Below, in pieces: positions 17,514-29,676 of a DNA stretch of 63,292 bases. The translations under genes and the position numbers were made by a program. Source of the stretch: an uncultured Bacilli bacterium (lineage in GTDB: Bacteria; Bacillota_I; Bacilli_A; RF39; UBA660); assembly GCA_944363915.1 (NCBI GenBank), contig CALVVR010000001.1:1-63292 (forward strand), read 5' to 3'. The notes under the pieces are model-generated. The model ran no database searches. It saw nothing but the letters and a program-made list of their open reading frames with translations, and was not told where the DNA came from. Within the stretch, counting starts at the first letter, position 1. Every line of letters begins with the position of its first letter.

Positions 17514-20500
17514 GTGGCATATACAATCAAAAAAATTGGAGATTATCGCGAAAGAAGAAACTATGCGAAAGCAAAAAATGCAATTGAATTAAACAATTTG
17601 TTAGAAATTCAAAAAAAATCTTATAATTGGTTTATGACTGAAGGTATCAAAGAAGTATTTGATGATATTTTTCCTGTAGAAAGTTTTACAGGAAATTTGT
17701 CGTTGGAATTTGGTGATTTTAGTTTTGATCAACCTAAGTATTCAATCAAAGGGTGTAAGGAAAGATACGCAACTTATGCTGCACCTTTAAAAGTTGAAGC
17801 TAGACTTTTTAATGGTGAAACTGGAGAAGTAAAAGAACAAGAAATTTTCTTAGGTGATATGCCAATAATGACCGAAACAGGAACGTTTATAATTAATGGT
17901 GCGGAAAGAGTTATCGTATCACAATTAGTTCGTTCTCCAAGTTGTTATTATGGTAAAGAAGTCGATAAGAAAAATGGAAGAGTAACAATTACTAGTCAAA
18001 TTATCCCAACACGTGGAACTTGGCTAGAATATGAAATCGATTCAAGAGATGTTATTTATGTTAGAATCGATCGAACAAGAAAAGTACCTATTACCACATT
18101 ATTAAGAGCAATCGGTTTAAATAGTGATGAAGATATTATCGATTTATTTGGTGAAAATGAATTAATCACTAAAACAATTGAAAAAGACACTAATAAAAAT
18201 ACTGACGAAGCATTAATCGATATTCATTCTAAATTAAGACCAGGTGAACCATCAACTTTAGATAGTGCGAAAAATCAATTGATCACTAGATTTTTCGATG
18301 CTTTTAGATATGATTTAGCTAAAGTTGGTCGTTACAAATTTAATAAAAAGCTAAATGTTTTAGATCGTTTGTTAGGTTGTAAATTAGCTGAAGATATTGT
18401 TTTAGATGATGAAGTTATTGCTAAAAATGGCGACTTAGTTACTAAAGAATTATTAGAAACATTAAGACCTGTTTTTGATAGTGGTTATGGTGTTAAAGAT
18501 GTTTTAATTAACGAAGAGTTAGATAATTATAATAAGGTTCAAATAGTTAAAGTTTATAGTAATACTGATAAAGACAAAGTCGTTAAAATTATCGGTAATG
18601 ATCAAACAATCGATGAAAAAAGATTAACTATTTCTGATATTTATGCATCAGTATCATATTATTTAAATTTATTTGATGGTATTGGTTCATTTGATGAAAT
18701 TGACCACTTATCTAATCGTCGTGTTAGACAAGTAGGGGAATTATTACAAAATCAATTTAGAATTGGTGTATCAAGAATTGAAAGAGTAATTAGAGATCGG
18801 ATGAGTACTCAAGAAATAGCTGAAGTAACTCCTAAAAGTTTAATTAACATTAGACCACTTACTGCAGCTATTAAAGAGTTCTTTGGATCAAGCCAATTAT
18901 CACAATTCATGGATCAAACTAACCCAATTGCTGAATTAGCTAATAAAAGACGTCTATCTAGTTTAGGTCCAGGTGGATTATCAAGAGATCGAGCTGGTAT
19001 GGATGTTCGTGACGTTAATCCATCACACTATGGTAGATTATGTCCAATCGAATCTCCAGAAGGACCTAATATCGGACTTATTACTGCTTTAGCAAGTTAT
19101 GCTAAAGTTAACGAATATGGTTTCATTATGACACCATATCGTAAAGTTGAAAATGGTAAGTTAACCGATGAAGTTGTTTATATGACAGCTGATGAGGAAT
19201 TAGATCATTATATTTCTCAAGCAACTGTTAATTTAGATGATAAAAACTGTTTTGTCGATGAAAAAGTACCAGTTAGATATCATGGTGATAATATTATTAT
19301 CGAATCTAGTAAAGTCGATTATATCGATGTCTCACCACAACAAGTTATATCAATTACAACCCAAGGTATTCCTTTCCTAGAACACGATGATGGTAAAAGA
19401 GCCTTGATGGGTTCAAACATGCAACGTCAAGCAATACCTTTATTAAAATCTGAAGCACCATTAGTTGGTACTGGTATTGAAGCTATTGCTGCTCGTGATG
19501 GTGGTTCTGTTGTCATCGCTAATGCTGATGGGGTAGTTGATTATGTCGATGGAAGAAAAATCGTCGTTAAAACAAAAGGAAATAAAGATACTTATTATTT
19601 AAATGGTTATGAAAGAAGTAATAACGGAACTTGTTATCATCAAGTACCAATTGTTCGCGCTGGCGATATTATTAAAAAAGATCAAGTTATCGCTGATGGA
19701 CCTTCTTCTGATATGGGAGAAATGGCTTTAGGTAAAAACGTTACTGTTGCTTTCATGAACTTTAATGGATATAACTATGAAGATGCCGTTATTTTAAATG
19801 AAAGATTAGTATCTGATGACGTTTATACTTCAATTCATATTGAAGATTATCAAATTGAATGTCGTGATACTAAATTAGGACCAGAAGAATTTACAAGAGA
19901 TATTCCTAATGTCGGGGAAGAAGCTCGTAAAAACTTAGATGAAAATGGTATTATTCGAATTGGTACCGAAGTTAAAGATGATGATATTTTAGTTGGTAAA
20001 GTTACTCCTAAAGGAATGGCCGAATTAACGAGTGAAGAAAAATTATTACACGCTATTTTTGGTGAGAAAACAAGAGAAGTAAGAGATACATCATTAAGAG
20101 TTCCTCATGGTGGGGAAGGTATTGTTCACGATGTTAAAATATTTACTAAAGAAGATTCTGATGAACTACCTGCTGGTGTTTCTAAAATAGTTCGTGTTTA
20201 CATCGCTCAAAAGCGTAAGATTTCAATCGGTGATAAAATGGCTGGACGTCATGGTAACAAAGGTGTTATCTCATTAATATTACCTAAAGAAGATATGCCT
20301 TATATGGCTGATGGAACACCAATCGATATTTTACTTAACCCATTAGGTGTACCAAGCCGTATGAACATCGGACAGATTTTAGAAATGCATTTAGGTGCTG
20401 CTGCTAAAAAATTAAATATTCATGTTATGACACCAGCTTTTGATGGTGCAACAAGAGAAGAAATTATCGACGCTTTAAAAGAAGCAGGATTAGATGAAGA

Positions 20501-21113
20501 TGGTAAAATGGTTTTATATGATGGTAGAACTGGTGAACCATTTGATAATCGTATTTCTGTTGGTGTTATGTATATGATTAAACTACACCACATGGTTGAT
20601 GATAAATTACACGCTCGTTCAACTGGACCTTACTCATTAGTAACGCAACAACCATTAGGTGGTAAAGCGCAATTTGGTGGTCAAAGATTTGGTGAAATGG
20701 AAGTTTGGGCATTATATGCTTATGGTGCTGCTCATGTATTACAAGAAATGATGACAATTAAATCAGATGATGTCGTCGGACGTGTTAAAGTATATGAAGC
20801 ATTAGTTAAAGGCCAACCATTACCACCAAGTAGTGTTCCAGAAAGCTTTAGGGTATTAATTAAAGAATTCCAAGCTTTAGGCTTAGATATTAGTGTTTTA
20901 TCAGAAAATGGCAAATTAGTTGATATGAAAGAAATCGAAGCAATGGATCAAGAAGGATTTGTCAATATTGAAGATTTTGAAAATAGTATCGAACCAATGA
21001 CTTTGACTGATAGTGAACCACTTGAAGAAGATGATGAGTTTGAAGATGATGAAATCGAAGAACCAGAAGATTTAGACGAAGAATTAGAAGATATAGAGAA
21101 GGGGGCTATGTAA
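17514..21113 (+). CDS. rpoB: DNA-directed RNA polymerase subunit beta
   Basis: Unambiguous RpoB motifs are present ([23 protein letters not shown]). A GTG at 17514 after a GGGGTGAAAGA RBS is the likely start (track start 17460). The protein has an acidic C-terminal tail. Confidence 0.97.
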   Translation: MAYTIKKIGDYRERRNYAKAKNAIELNNLLEIQKKSYNWFMTEGIKEVFDDIFPVESFTGNLSLEFGDFSFDQPKYSIKGCKERYATYAAPLKVEARLFNGETGEVKEQEIFLGDMPIMTETGTFIINGAERVIVSQLVRSPSCYYGKEVDKKNGRVTITSQIIPTRGTWLEYEIDSRDVIYVRIDRTRKVPITTLLRAIGLNSDEDIIDLFGENELITKTIEKDTNKNTDEALIDIHSKLRPGEPSTLDSAKNQLITRFFDAFRYDLAKVGRYKFNKKLNVLDRLLGCKLAEDIVLDDEVIAKNGDLVTKELLETLRPVFDSGYGVKDVLINEELDNYNKVQIVKVYSNTDKDKVVKIIGNDQTIDEKRLTISDIYASVSYYLNLFDGIGSFDEIDHLSNRRVRQVGELLQNQFRIGVSRIERVIRDRMSTQEIAEVTPKSLINIRPLTAAIKEFFGSSQLSQFMDQTNPIAELANKRRLSSLGPGGLSRDRAGMDVRDVNPSHYGRLCPIESPEGPNIGLITALASYAKVNEYGFIMTPYRKVENGKLTDEVVYMTADEELDHYISQATVNLDDKNCFVDEKVPVRYHGDNIIIESSKVDYIDVSPQQVISITTQGIPFLEHDDGKRALMGSNMQRQAIPLLKSEAPLVGTGIEAIAARDGGSVVIANADGVVDYVDGRKIVVKTKGNKDTYYLNGYERSNNGTCYHQVPIVRAGDIIKKDQVIADGPSSDMGEMALGKNVTVAFMNFNGYNYEDAVILNERLVSDDVYTSIHIEDYQIECRDTKLGPEEFTRDIPNVGEEARKNLDENGIIRIGTEVKDDDILVGKVTPKGMAELTSEEKLLHAIFGEKTREVRDTSLRVPHGGEGIVHDVKIFTKEDSDELPAGVSKIVRVYIAQKRKISIGDKMAGRHGNKGVISLILPKEDMPYMADGTPIDILLNPLGVPSRMNIGQILEMHLGAAAKKLNIHVMTPAFDGATREEIIDALKEAGLDEDGKMVLYDGRTGEPFDNRISVGVMYMIKLHHMVDDKLHARSTGPYSLVTQQPLGGKAQFGGQRFGEMEVWALYAYGAAHVLQEMMTIKSDDVVGRVKVYEALVKGQPLPPSSVPESFRVLIKEFQALGLDISVLSENGKLVDMKEIEAMDQEGFVNIEDFENSIEPMTLTDSEPLEEDDEFEDDEIEEPEDLDEELEDIEKGAM

Positions 21114-24100
21114 TGAATATTAATGAATTTGAAGGATTAAAAATTTCTATAGCATCTCCAGAAAAAATTCGTTCTTGGTCTTATGGCGAAGTAAAAAAAG
21201 CTGAGACTATTAATTACCGAACTTTAAAACCTGAAAGAGACGGATTGTTTTGCGAAAAAATATTCGGTCCAACTAAAGATTTTGAATGTGCATGTGGTAA
21301 ATATAAAAGATTAAGATATAAAAATATCGTTTGTGATCGTTGTGGAGTTGAAGTAACTCGTAGTAAAGTAAGAAGAGAACGTATGGGACATATCGAGTTA
21401 GCAACTCCTTGCTCTCACATTTGGTTTTTTAAAGGTGTACCATCTAGAATCGGTCTAGTTCTAGATATGTCACCTCGTGACTTAGAAGAAGTATTATATT
21501 TTGTTAGTTATGTTGTTCTAGATCCAGGTAGTGCTCCATTAGAGAAAAAGCAAACTATCTCTGATAAAGAATATCGTAGTTATTATGAAAAATATGGTAA
21601 TTCATTTAGAGTTGGTATGGGTGCGGAAGCAATTAAAGAATTACTAGAACAAGTTAATCTAGAAGAAGAAGTAAATACTATTAAAGAAGAAATCGAAAGT
21701 ATTAAAGACTCAACTAGTCAAAAAAGAATTAGATTAATCAAAAGATTAGATGTTTTAAATGCTTTCTTAGAATCAGGTAATCGTCCTGAATGGATGATCT
21801 TAGAAGCACTACCAGTAATTCCTCCAGAACTTAGACCAATGATTCAATTAGATGGTGGTAGATTTGCAACATCTGATTTAAATGACTTATATAGAAGAGT
21901 AATCAACCGTAACAATCGTTTGAAAAAATTGATGGAATTAGGTGCTCCTTCAATTATTATTCAAAATGAAAAAAGAATGCTTCAAGAAGCAGTTGATGCT
22001 TTATTCGATAACGGTAGACGTGGTAGAAATATAACTGGTGCTAGTAATCGTCCACTTAAATCTTTATCTAGTATGTTAAAAGGTAAACAAGGTAGATTTA
22101 GACAAAACTTATTGGGTAAACGTGTTGATTATTCTGGTCGTTCAGTTATCGTTGTTGGACCATCACTTAAAATGTATGAATGTGGTATTCCAAAAGAGAT
22201 GGCTTTAGAGTTATTCAAACCACACGTTATCAATGGTTTAGTTACTAAAGAAATAGCTTCTAATATTAAAGCTGCTAAAAGAATGATTGAAAACCAAGAT
22301 GAAAGAGTTTGGGATATCGTTGAAGAAAAGATAGCTGAACATCCAGTTTTATTAAACCGTGCTCCAACTTTACATAGACTTGGTATTCAAGCTTTCCAAC
22401 CTAAATTAATTGAAGGTAGAAGTATCAGACTTCACCCATTAGTATGTACTGCTTTTAATGCTGACTTCGATGGTGACCAAATGGCTGTTCACGTACCTAT
22501 TTCTGATGAAGCACAAGCTGAAGCAAGAATCTTAATGTTAGGTGCTAATAACATCTTATCACCTAAAGATGGACAACCAATCGTTACTCCAGGTCAAGAT
22601 ATGATTTTAGGTAACTATTATATAACCATTGAAAAAGCTAATTTAAAAGGTGAAGGAAGAGTATTTAAAAATGATAATGAAGCTTTAATGGCTTACGAAA
22701 GAAGAGAAATAACTCTACATACTCGTATTGCTATCCCAGCTAAATCATTTAAGCATAAAATTTTCCCTGATAAATATTTAGATAAATATTTAGTTACAAC
22801 GCCAGGTAAATTATTATTTAATGAAATTTTCCCAGATAGTTTTCAATATATCAATGATGGTAGTGAAGAGAATATTGAAAAAATAACACCAAGTAAATAC
22901 TTTGTTGATCGTGGTAAAGATATCAAAGAAGAGATTTCAAAGATGGAATTAGTTAAACCATTTGGTAAAAAAGTATTAACTAAATTAATTGCCCAAATTT
23001 ATAAAAGATATCAAACTACTGAAACTTCCGTTATGCTTGATAAGATGAAAGATTTAGGATTTAAACATTCTACTTTATCAGGTATTTCAATTGGTATTGG
23101 TGATATTATTGAATCTAAAACTAAACCAGAAGTTTTAGCTGAAGCAAGTGCGAAAGTAGATACAATTAATAAGCAATTTAAACGTGGTTTAATTACTGAT
23201 AGAGAACGTTATGAAAATGTTGTTGATATATGGAATGAAGCTAAAAATAAAATTGCTGCTGAGTTAGAAGGATTTATTAAAACTCATAAAGATAACTCAA
23301 TTTCTATGATGATCGATTCCGGTGCTCGTGGTAATATGTCTAACTACAACCAAATGGCTGGTATGCGTGGTTTAATGATGAAACCTACTGGTGAAGCAGT
23401 TGAGATACCAATCACATCTTCATTTGTCGAAGGTGCTAATGTATCAGAATTCTTCTTAGCGACTCATGGTGCTCGTAAAGGTGCTGTTGATACAGCCTTA
23501 AAAACAGCCGATGCTGGTTACTTAACTCGTCGTTTAGTTGATGTAGCTCAAGACATGATTGTTAAAGAAGATGATTGTGGTACTAGTGAAGGTGTTATTG
23601 TCGAAGCATTTATCGACGATAAAAATAATACTGTTGTTGAAAGTCTAAGAGATCGTATCGTTGGAAGATTCACTAATAAAAGAGTTATCAATCCAGAAAC
23701 TAAAGAAGTTATTGCTGAAAGAAACACTTATATTACTGAACAATTAGCCGATAAGATAATTAAAGCAGGTATTACTAAAGTACCTATTAGAACCGTTTTA
23801 AATTGTAAGACTGAACACGGTGTATGTTGCAAATGTTATGGCCGTAATTTAGCTACTGGTTCTTTAGTTGAAGTTGGTGAAGCTGTAGGTATTATGGCTG
23901 CTCAATCAATTGGTGAACCTGGTACTCAATTAACAATGCGTACAATTAACTCTGGTGGTGTTGCTGGTGATGATATTACTCAAGGTTTACCTCGTGTTCA
24001 AGAATTATTTGAAGCGCGTAATCCAAAAGGTAAAGCAACTATTTCGGAAATTAATGGTAAAGTTACTAAGATTGAAGAAGAAAATGGCAAATTTGAAATT

Positions 24101-24748
24101 ACTGTTGCTAACGATGCGGAAACTAAAGTTCATACAACTAATTATGGCGCTAAATTAAATGTTAGTTTAAATCAAGAAGTTGAAGCTGGTGACAAATTAA
24201 CATTCGGTGCAATTAATCCTAAAGAATTATTAGTTGTAACTGATCCAATTACTGTACAACAATATATCTTATTAGAAATTCAAAAGGTATATCAATCACA
24301 AGGTGTTAGTATTTCTGATAAACACGTTGAGATTATTGCTAAACGTATGATTTCTAAAATCAAAATTATTTCATCAGGTGATTCATTATATTTACCAGGT
24401 ACAATGGTTAATATTAATCATTTTGCTGATGTGAATAAACAACTTATTTTGGAAGGAAAAACTCCTGCTTTAGGTCGTCCTGTATTATTAGGTATTACTA
24501 AAGCAAGTTTGGAGACTGATTCATTCTTATCAGCTGCATCTTTCCAAGAAACAACTCGTATTTTAACTGATGCTGCTATTCATGGTCGAGTTGATGAATT
24601 AAATGGTTTAAAAGAAAATGTTATTATTGGTAAATTAATTCCAGCTGGTACTGGAGCTAGGAAATATAAAAAAGTTGATTATGACTTAGAAATACCTTAC
24701 ATTGATGATGAACCATTAGAAGCATTAGAACAAGAATTAATGGATTAA
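21113..24748 (+). CDS. rpoC: DNA-directed RNA polymerase subunit beta'
   Basis: A zinc motif [23 protein letters not shown] and the catalytic [12 protein letters not shown] are present. The ATG overlaps the rpoB stop (TAATG). Confidence 0.97.
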   Translation: MNINEFEGLKISIASPEKIRSWSYGEVKKAETINYRTLKPERDGLFCEKIFGPTKDFECACGKYKRLRYKNIVCDRCGVEVTRSKVRRERMGHIELATPCSHIWFFKGVPSRIGLVLDMSPRDLEEVLYFVSYVVLDPGSAPLEKKQTISDKEYRSYYEKYGNSFRVGMGAEAIKELLEQVNLEEEVNTIKEEIESIKDSTSQKRIRLIKRLDVLNAFLESGNRPEWMILEALPVIPPELRPMIQLDGGRFATSDLNDLYRRVINRNNRLKKLMELGAPSIIIQNEKRMLQEAVDALFDNGRRGRNITGASNRPLKSLSSMLKGKQGRFRQNLLGKRVDYSGRSVIVVGPSLKMYECGIPKEMALELFKPHVINGLVTKEIASNIKAAKRMIENQDERVWDIVEEKIAEHPVLLNRAPTLHRLGIQAFQPKLIEGRSIRLHPLVCTAFNADFDGDQMAVHVPISDEAQAEARILMLGANNILSPKDGQPIVTPGQDMILGNYYITIEKANLKGEGRVFKNDNEALMAYERREITLHTRIAIPAKSFKHKIFPDKYLDKYLVTTPGKLLFNEIFPDSFQYINDGSEENIEKITPSKYFVDRGKDIKEEISKMELVKPFGKKVLTKLIAQIYKRYQTTETSVMLDKMKDLGFKHSTLSGISIGIGDIIESKTKPEVLAEASAKVDTINKQFKRGLITDRERYENVVDIWNEAKNKIAAELEGFIKTHKDNSISMMIDSGARGNMSNYNQMAGMRGLMMKPTGEAVEIPITSSFVEGANVSEFFLATHGARKGAVDTALKTADAGYLTRRLVDVAQDMIVKEDDCGTSEGVIVEAFIDDKNNTVVESLRDRIVGRFTNKRVINPETKEVIAERNTYITEQLADKIIKAGITKVPIRTVLNCKTEHGVCCKCYGRNLATGSLVEVGEAVGIMAAQSIGEPGTQLTMRTINSGGVAGDDITQGLPRVQELFEARNPKGKATISEINGKVTKIEEENGKFEITVANDAETKVHTTNYGAKLNVSLNQEVEAGDKLTFGAINPKELLVVTDPITVQQYILLEIQKVYQSQGVSISDKHVEIIAKRMISKIKIISSGDSLYLPGTMVNINHFADVNKQLILEGKTPALGRPVLLGITKASLETDSFLSAASFQETTRILTDAAIHGRVDELNGLKENVIIGKLIPAGTGARKYKKVDYDLEIPYIDDEPLEALEQELMD

Positions 24749-24799
24749 GTTCCATTAATTTTTTATTTAAAAGAAAAGTGTTTTAAGTTAGATAAATAA

Positions 24800-24835
24800 A
24801 AAAGTATTAGTTATTTAAAAGTTACTAATACTTTT
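24800..24835. terminator. Bidirectional terminator between rpoC and the convergent pgsA-like gene
   Basis: A 12-bp stem AAAAGTATTAGT/ACTAATACTTTT is flanked by A and T runs. Confidence 0.7.
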
Positions 24836-25602
24836 TATTTTTTTAATTTTTTGACAAATTGTTTTTCTTCTTCACTTTTTTCTAAAAGACTATCTTTAAT
24901 TTGTTGATATTCTCTTATTTGTTGTTGGATTGTTTGTTCTTTAGATTTAACTTCAGTTTTTTCTTCATCATTAGTTTCTATTTTTATTTCTGGTTTTTCA
25001 ACCTTTTTGTTATTTGAATGTTGATACTGAATAACTGTAGCTAATTGGGAAATGTTAGTTATACCGATCAATGGTAATAAATAATTAATTGGGAAATTAA
25101 AACATTTAGACAAATATAAAACAGTTAAAGTTATATATAAAAAATTAGTTTTAATTTTTCCTAACCAACTAGATTTAGGATGTTTACCATTTAATTCTGC
25201 TTTAGTTGAGACAAATCCGATTCCAAATTCTAAAATTAATGTTGGAAGCATTATTAAAGGGTTGACAATTAATAAAGGTAAAATCAATCCTAATGCAAAC
25301 ATCTTATCACTTATGACGTCTAACTTTCTTCCATATTCGCTTGTAGTATGCCATTTTCTAGCTAAATGACCGTCAAAAGCATCAGTTAAGCCAAATATAC
25401 CAGCAATAATAGTAGCAATTGCAAAATTGCCAATTATCGAAGCAGGAACGAGTAAAAATGGAGCGACAATGCGTGATTTAGTTAGAATATTTGGCAATCT
25501 TTTTTTTAGTCTACCACTAAATGTCTTTTCTTTTTTTAAACTATTTAAATATTCCTGTTTATTTTTATTATATTCTTCAATAACTCGTTTAGCCTTTGAC
25601 AT
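24835..25602 (-). CDS. CDP-alcohol phosphatidyltransferase family protein (PgsA-like) with K/E-rich C-terminal extension
   Basis: The signature DAFDGHLARKWHTTSEYGRKLDVISDK fits D-G-x2-A-R-x8-G-x3-D-x3-D. An RBS AAGGAGGG precedes the ATG at 25602. Confidence 0.8.
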   Translation of the reverse strand: MSKAKRVIEEYNKNKQEYLNSLKKEKTFSGRLKKRLPNILTKSRIVAPFLLVPASIIGNFAIATIIAGIFGLTDAFDGHLARKWHTTSEYGRKLDVISDKMFALGLILPLLIVNPLIMLPTLILEFGIGFVSTKAELNGKHPKSSWLGKIKTNFLYITLTVLYLSKCFNFPINYLLPLIGITNISQLATVIQYQHSNNKKVEKPEIKIETNDEEKTEVKSKEQTIQQQIREYQQIKDSLLEKSEEEKQFVKKLKK

Positions 25603-25827
25603 ATTACCCTCCTTAAGCACTATTATTTTACCACATTTCTAACTGTTTTCAACATAAAATTGATTATTAAATAATATAATATTGTGTATCAAGATAATTT
25701 GATACATTTAGGGAACTCGTAGGATTACGGTTTCCTTTTTTTTAGAAAAATGTAAAAATGTGGTAAATAATAATTAGATGTATACAAAATATGTCGAAAA
25801 ATGGTATAATGTTTAATAGGTGAGGCT

Positions 25828-27837
25828 ATGAAAAAGGTAGTTAATATTTTATTAGTTTCCATAATTTTGTTTATAAGCCTAGTTCCACCAATTCGTGCTG
25901 AAGAAGTAAGATACGGTTATGTAAATTCTACTTTTGGAAATGGTATAAAAGTAAGAAGTGGTCCTGGAACTAGTTATGATGATTTAAGTGATGGTTTAGC
26001 TGAAGGAGAACAAGTAAAAATCTTAAGTGAACATAAACCTGATGATGGTTCTAGTAAAAGTTGTAGTTTATGGTATAAAATTGAATTTGATGAAGTAGAT
26101 TCTGGAATCGGTTATGCATGCGCTGATATGGTTAAAATAATTGAAATTCAAACTGATGAAGATTTTGAGGAAAGTTTAAAAGCATTTCCGGAAAGCTATC
26201 ACGATGCTTTAAGACTATTACATACTATTTATCCAAATGCTATTTTTAAAGCATATGAAACTAGATTAGATTTTAATACGGTTGTTGAAAATGAATCTTT
26301 AGAAGGTCATAGTCTAATTTGGGATTCAAATAATTCAAGAGATGGTTTAAAATTAATGGATAGTTATAATTATAAAACCAATAAATTTGCTAATAATTAT
26401 TCTGGTGGTGGTCCAACTTGGTATGCAGCTAATTCTGAAACGATTGCTTATTATATCGATCCAAGAAATTTCTTAACAAAATCAAGAGTATTTATGTTTG
26501 AAAGCCTATCATACAATGCTAGTATTCACACTGAAGAGGGAGTGGATGCTATTTTAGTGGGAAGTTTTATGGCTAAAGAAAAAGTTGATGGTGGTGACAA
26601 GTCATTTGCTGAAGTTATTATGGCAGCAGGTAAAAAATATAATATAAGTCCATATTATTTAGCTAGTCGTATTTTACAAGAAACCGGTTATACTAGAAGT
26701 GCTTTAGTAAAGGGAGATTATGATGGAAAATATGATAAATATGACGGTTATTATAATTTCTTTAACTATGATGCAACTGGTACTGACATAGTAGGTAATG
26801 GTTTAGCTTATGCTTACAAAAAAGGTTGGAATTCGGAAGAAAAAGCGATTATGGGCGGAGCTAGTTTGATTGAATCTGGTTATATTAGTTCTGGACAAGA
26901 TACAAATTATTTTCAAAAATGGGATGTTGTTTGTGATGCTAAAGATTTAGATGATTGTAGCTTTTATTGGCATCAATTCCAGCAAAACATTGAAGCTCCT
27001 TATAGTGAGGCTTATAAAACTTATGATGGCTATAAAGAAACATTTGATGATAAATTATATACTTTACCATTAATATTTACTATTCCTGTTTATAAAAACA
27101 TGCCTGAAAAAACATCTTTACCAAGTGAAGATAATCCAATTAATTATTTAAAAACCTTAACCGTTGATGGTAAGAGTGTAGCTAATTTTAATAGTTTAAA
27201 AACAGCTTATACAATTAGTATTCCAGAAACTAAAAAATCGGTTAAAATAGCGGCGACAAGAATTGAAAGTAGATCTAAGATTACAGGAACGGGAACAATT
27301 GAAATAACTAAAGATGGTCAAGTTATTCCAATTACGGTAACTGCAGAAAACGGTGATAAATTACTCTATAATATTACTGTTAAGCTAACTAAAGTCGATG
27401 AAACTGCTATGACTTTAGATGAGACGATAGAAAATATTAAATCAGGAATATTTAAAGATAGTTATGTAACGGGTTTAACTAATGTTCAAACAATTTTGGA
27501 AGCAATAACAAAAGCTAATGAATTAGCTGAAGTTAAAGTTTATAATTTAAATAATAAAGAAGTTACTAGTGGTTCAGTTGGTACTGGATATAAAGTAACT
27601 ATCACAGTTGGTGAAGAAAGTAAAACTTTTGAAGTAGTTATCTATGGCGATATTAATGGTGATAGTGAAATAACTGTTTTGGATTTATTAAGAGTACAAA
27701 AAGATATCTTAGATATTTCTAATTTATCAGGTGCTCAAGCAAAAGCAGCTGATGTTAGTAAAGATGGAAAAATATCTGCTTTAGATTTATTGAAAGTGCA
27801 AAAAGATATACTGGGTATATCTGAAATTAAACAATAA
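25828..27837 (+). CDS. Secreted SH3b + GH73-type N-acetylglucosaminidase + cadherin-like beta-sandwich + C-terminal dockerin
   Basis: A signal peptide ends at IRA|EE. An SH3b-like segment is GYVNSTFGNGIKVRSGPGTSY. The glucosaminidase core is YNISPYYLASRILQETG. The cadherin-like module is NYLKTLTVDGKS...ITVTAENGDKLLYNITV. The duplicated dockerin F-hand is DINGDSEITVLDLLRVQKDIL / DVSKDGKISALDLLKVQKDIL. Confidence 0.75.
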   Translation: MKKVVNILLVSIILFISLVPPIRAEEVRYGYVNSTFGNGIKVRSGPGTSYDDLSDGLAEGEQVKILSEHKPDDGSSKSCSLWYKIEFDEVDSGIGYACADMVKIIEIQTDEDFEESLKAFPESYHDALRLLHTIYPNAIFKAYETRLDFNTVVENESLEGHSLIWDSNNSRDGLKLMDSYNYKTNKFANNYSGGGPTWYAANSETIAYYIDPRNFLTKSRVFMFESLSYNASIHTEEGVDAILVGSFMAKEKVDGGDKSFAEVIMAAGKKYNISPYYLASRILQETGYTRSALVKGDYDGKYDKYDGYYNFFNYDATGTDIVGNGLAYAYKKGWNSEEKAIMGGASLIESGYISSGQDTNYFQKWDVVCDAKDLDDCSFYWHQFQQNIEAPYSEAYKTYDGYKETFDDKLYTLPLIFTIPVYKNMPEKTSLPSEDNPINYLKTLTVDGKSVANFNSLKTAYTISIPETKKSVKIAATRIESRSKITGTGTIEITKDGQVIPITVTAENGDKLLYNITVKLTKVDETAMTLDETIENIKSGIFKDSYVTGLTNVQTILEAITKANELAEVKVYNLNNKEVTSGSVGTGYKVTITVGEESKTFEVVIYGDINGDSEITVLDLLRVQKDILDISNLSGAQAKAADVSKDGKISALDLLKVQKDILGISEIKQ

Positions 27838-27854
27838 AGGAGTTGAAGAACATT

Positions 27855-29351
27855 ATGAAAAAACTATATTTATTAATATTTGGAATTTTTTTAAGTTTTA
27901 TTTGTATTAACAATGTTGATGCAGCAACTGCAAATATAAGTGTTAGCGCATCTAAATCGCGGGTTATTGTCGGTGATACAGTTAATATAACAATTAGATT
28001 ATCTTCTTCAGCTAATATTGGTAGTTGGGATTTTAATGTAATTCCATCTTCCAATTTGACTTTAATTAAACGTAGTGATGGGTATGATGGATTAAAAGTT
28101 GCGGATGCTGGAGGGGCTTCTACTAAAAGTAAAACATATACTTTTACTTTTAGAGCAAAATCAAGTGGAACTGGTAGTGTTAAAATTAGTGTTAATGAAA
28201 TCTATGAAATGACAAACGATGATTCGACGCCAAAAATGCAAGTGACAACTAATAGTACTAGTTTTACAGTTATGACACAAAGTCAGTTAGAAGCAAGTTA
28301 TAGTAAAAATAATTATTTATCTAGTTTAGAAGTCGAAGGTCAAACTTTAACACCAGAATTTGATAAAGAAACTTTAGAATATAGTTTAGAACTAGAATAT
28401 GGAACAGAAAGTATTAATATTATTGCTGATACGGAAGATTCTAAAGCCAGTATTGATGGTGATGGTGAAATTAAATTGTCACAAGGATCAAATGCTATAA
28501 AAATAGTTGTCACAGCTGAAAATGGAAGTACTAGAATATATAATATCAATGCAACTGTTAAAGAATTAGACCCAATTAATGTAATTTTAGACGGCACTAA
28601 TTACTCGGTTATAAGAGAAGAAGAATTTTTACCAGGCACTAGTAGTGCTTATCAAGCTACCACTATTCAAATCGATGATAAAGATGTACCTGCTTATTAC
28701 AATTCGGTAATTAATTTTACTTTAGTTGGTTTAAAAGATGAATCTGGAAATATTGATTTATATATTTATAAAGATGGTAATTACACTTTATATAATGAAT
28801 TAACTTTTAATCAAATAAACATCTATTTACTTGATATGGATAAATCATTACTTCCAAGTGGCTATAAACAAGAAAATATTACTATTGGCGATAAAACAGT
28901 AACAGCTTATACAAGGGATGGGTATGAATTTCCAATTGTTTATGGTTTAAATATCGAAACAGGAGAAAAAAACTTATATAAATATGATGTTAAAGAAAAT
29001 ACTTTACAACGAGTTGAAAATATTGATTCTAGTAAAGAAAATTTATATTTTAATATTATCATAGGTTCATTTGGATTTACAGCAGTTTCTTATCTATTCT
29101 TTATTAATTTACTAAGTAAAAAAAATAAACAACAAAGAGAGTTTTTAGAAAAAACAATGCAAATGAACATTAGTGACATTAAAATGAATAAGGATTTAGG
29201 TGATGAATTATATAAGAATACAACATTATCAAGAAAACAAATGAAACAAAAGAAGAAAGAAGATAAAAAGAATTTAAAACAACAAAAGAAAGAAGCAAAA
29301 AGAGATAAAAAAAATAAAGATAAAAGCGATGATGAAATGGCTGAACTATAG
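27855..29351 (+). CDS. Membrane-anchored cohesin-like domain protein with cadherin-like module and Lys-rich cytoplasmic tail
   Basis: An RBS AAGGAG precedes the ATG at 27855 and a signal peptide ends at NNVDA. The cohesin-like segment is ANISVSASKSRVIVGDTVNITIRLSSSANIGSWDFNV...FRAKSSGTGSVKISV. The cadherin-like module is NYLSSLEVEGQTLTPEFDKETLEY...VTAENGSTRIYNINATV. A TM helix FNIIIGSFGFTAVSYLFFINLL is followed by a K-rich tail. Confidence 0.65.
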   Translation: MKKLYLLIFGIFLSFICINNVDAATANISVSASKSRVIVGDTVNITIRLSSSANIGSWDFNVIPSSNLTLIKRSDGYDGLKVADAGGASTKSKTYTFTFRAKSSGTGSVKISVNEIYEMTNDDSTPKMQVTTNSTSFTVMTQSQLEASYSKNNYLSSLEVEGQTLTPEFDKETLEYSLELEYGTESINIIADTEDSKASIDGDGEIKLSQGSNAIKIVVTAENGSTRIYNINATVKELDPINVILDGTNYSVIREEEFLPGTSSAYQATTIQIDDKDVPAYYNSVINFTLVGLKDESGNIDLYIYKDGNYTLYNELTFNQINIYLLDMDKSLLPSGYKQENITIGDKTVTAYTRDGYEFPIVYGLNIETGEKNLYKYDVKENTLQRVENIDSSKENLYFNIIIGSFGFTAVSYLFFINLLSKKNKQQREFLEKTMQMNISDIKMNKDLGDELYKNTTLSRKQMKQKKKEDKKNLKQQKKEAKRDKKNKDKSDDEMAEL

Positions 29352-29387
29352 CCATTTTTTCTAACAAAAAAATACCTATCTAGGTAT

Positions 29388-29558
29388 TTATGCTACTTTT
29401 TTTAAAGTTCTTAATTCTCTTGCACTCATTCTAATTGTTTCACCATTGTCTAGAGTTACTTTTTGTAAATTTGGTTTTCTTATATGTTTAGTAGCACGTA
29501 GAGAATGTGATCTTAAATTACCTGATAAAGGTTTTTTACTTGTTATTTTTTTAGCCAT
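29388..29558 (-). CDS. rpmB: 50S ribosomal protein L28 (not in the ORF track, 56 aa)
   Basis: The minus-strand translation is [56 protein letters not shown]. An RBS GGAGGA lies upstream. A hairpin AATACC..GGTATT sits at the 3' end. Confidence 0.9.
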   Translation of the reverse strand: MAKKITSKKPLSGNLRSHSLRATKHIRKPNLQKVTLDNGETIRMSARELRTLKKVA

Positions 29559-29676
29559 GTTTAATTCCTCCTTGTTTTTCTTCGCTATTACATTTTACTA
29601 TATATTATGAAATAAGTCAAATACTTCTTTTAAAATTGTTTAAAATATAGTAAAATAAATACTAGGAGTTGATAGT

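Noticed and set aside
23955-24158. A 67-aa same-strand out-of-frame ORF inside rpoC.
   Set aside because: It is an overlapping alternative frame of a highly conserved gene. The sequence is a K/L-rich artefact of AT-rich codons.
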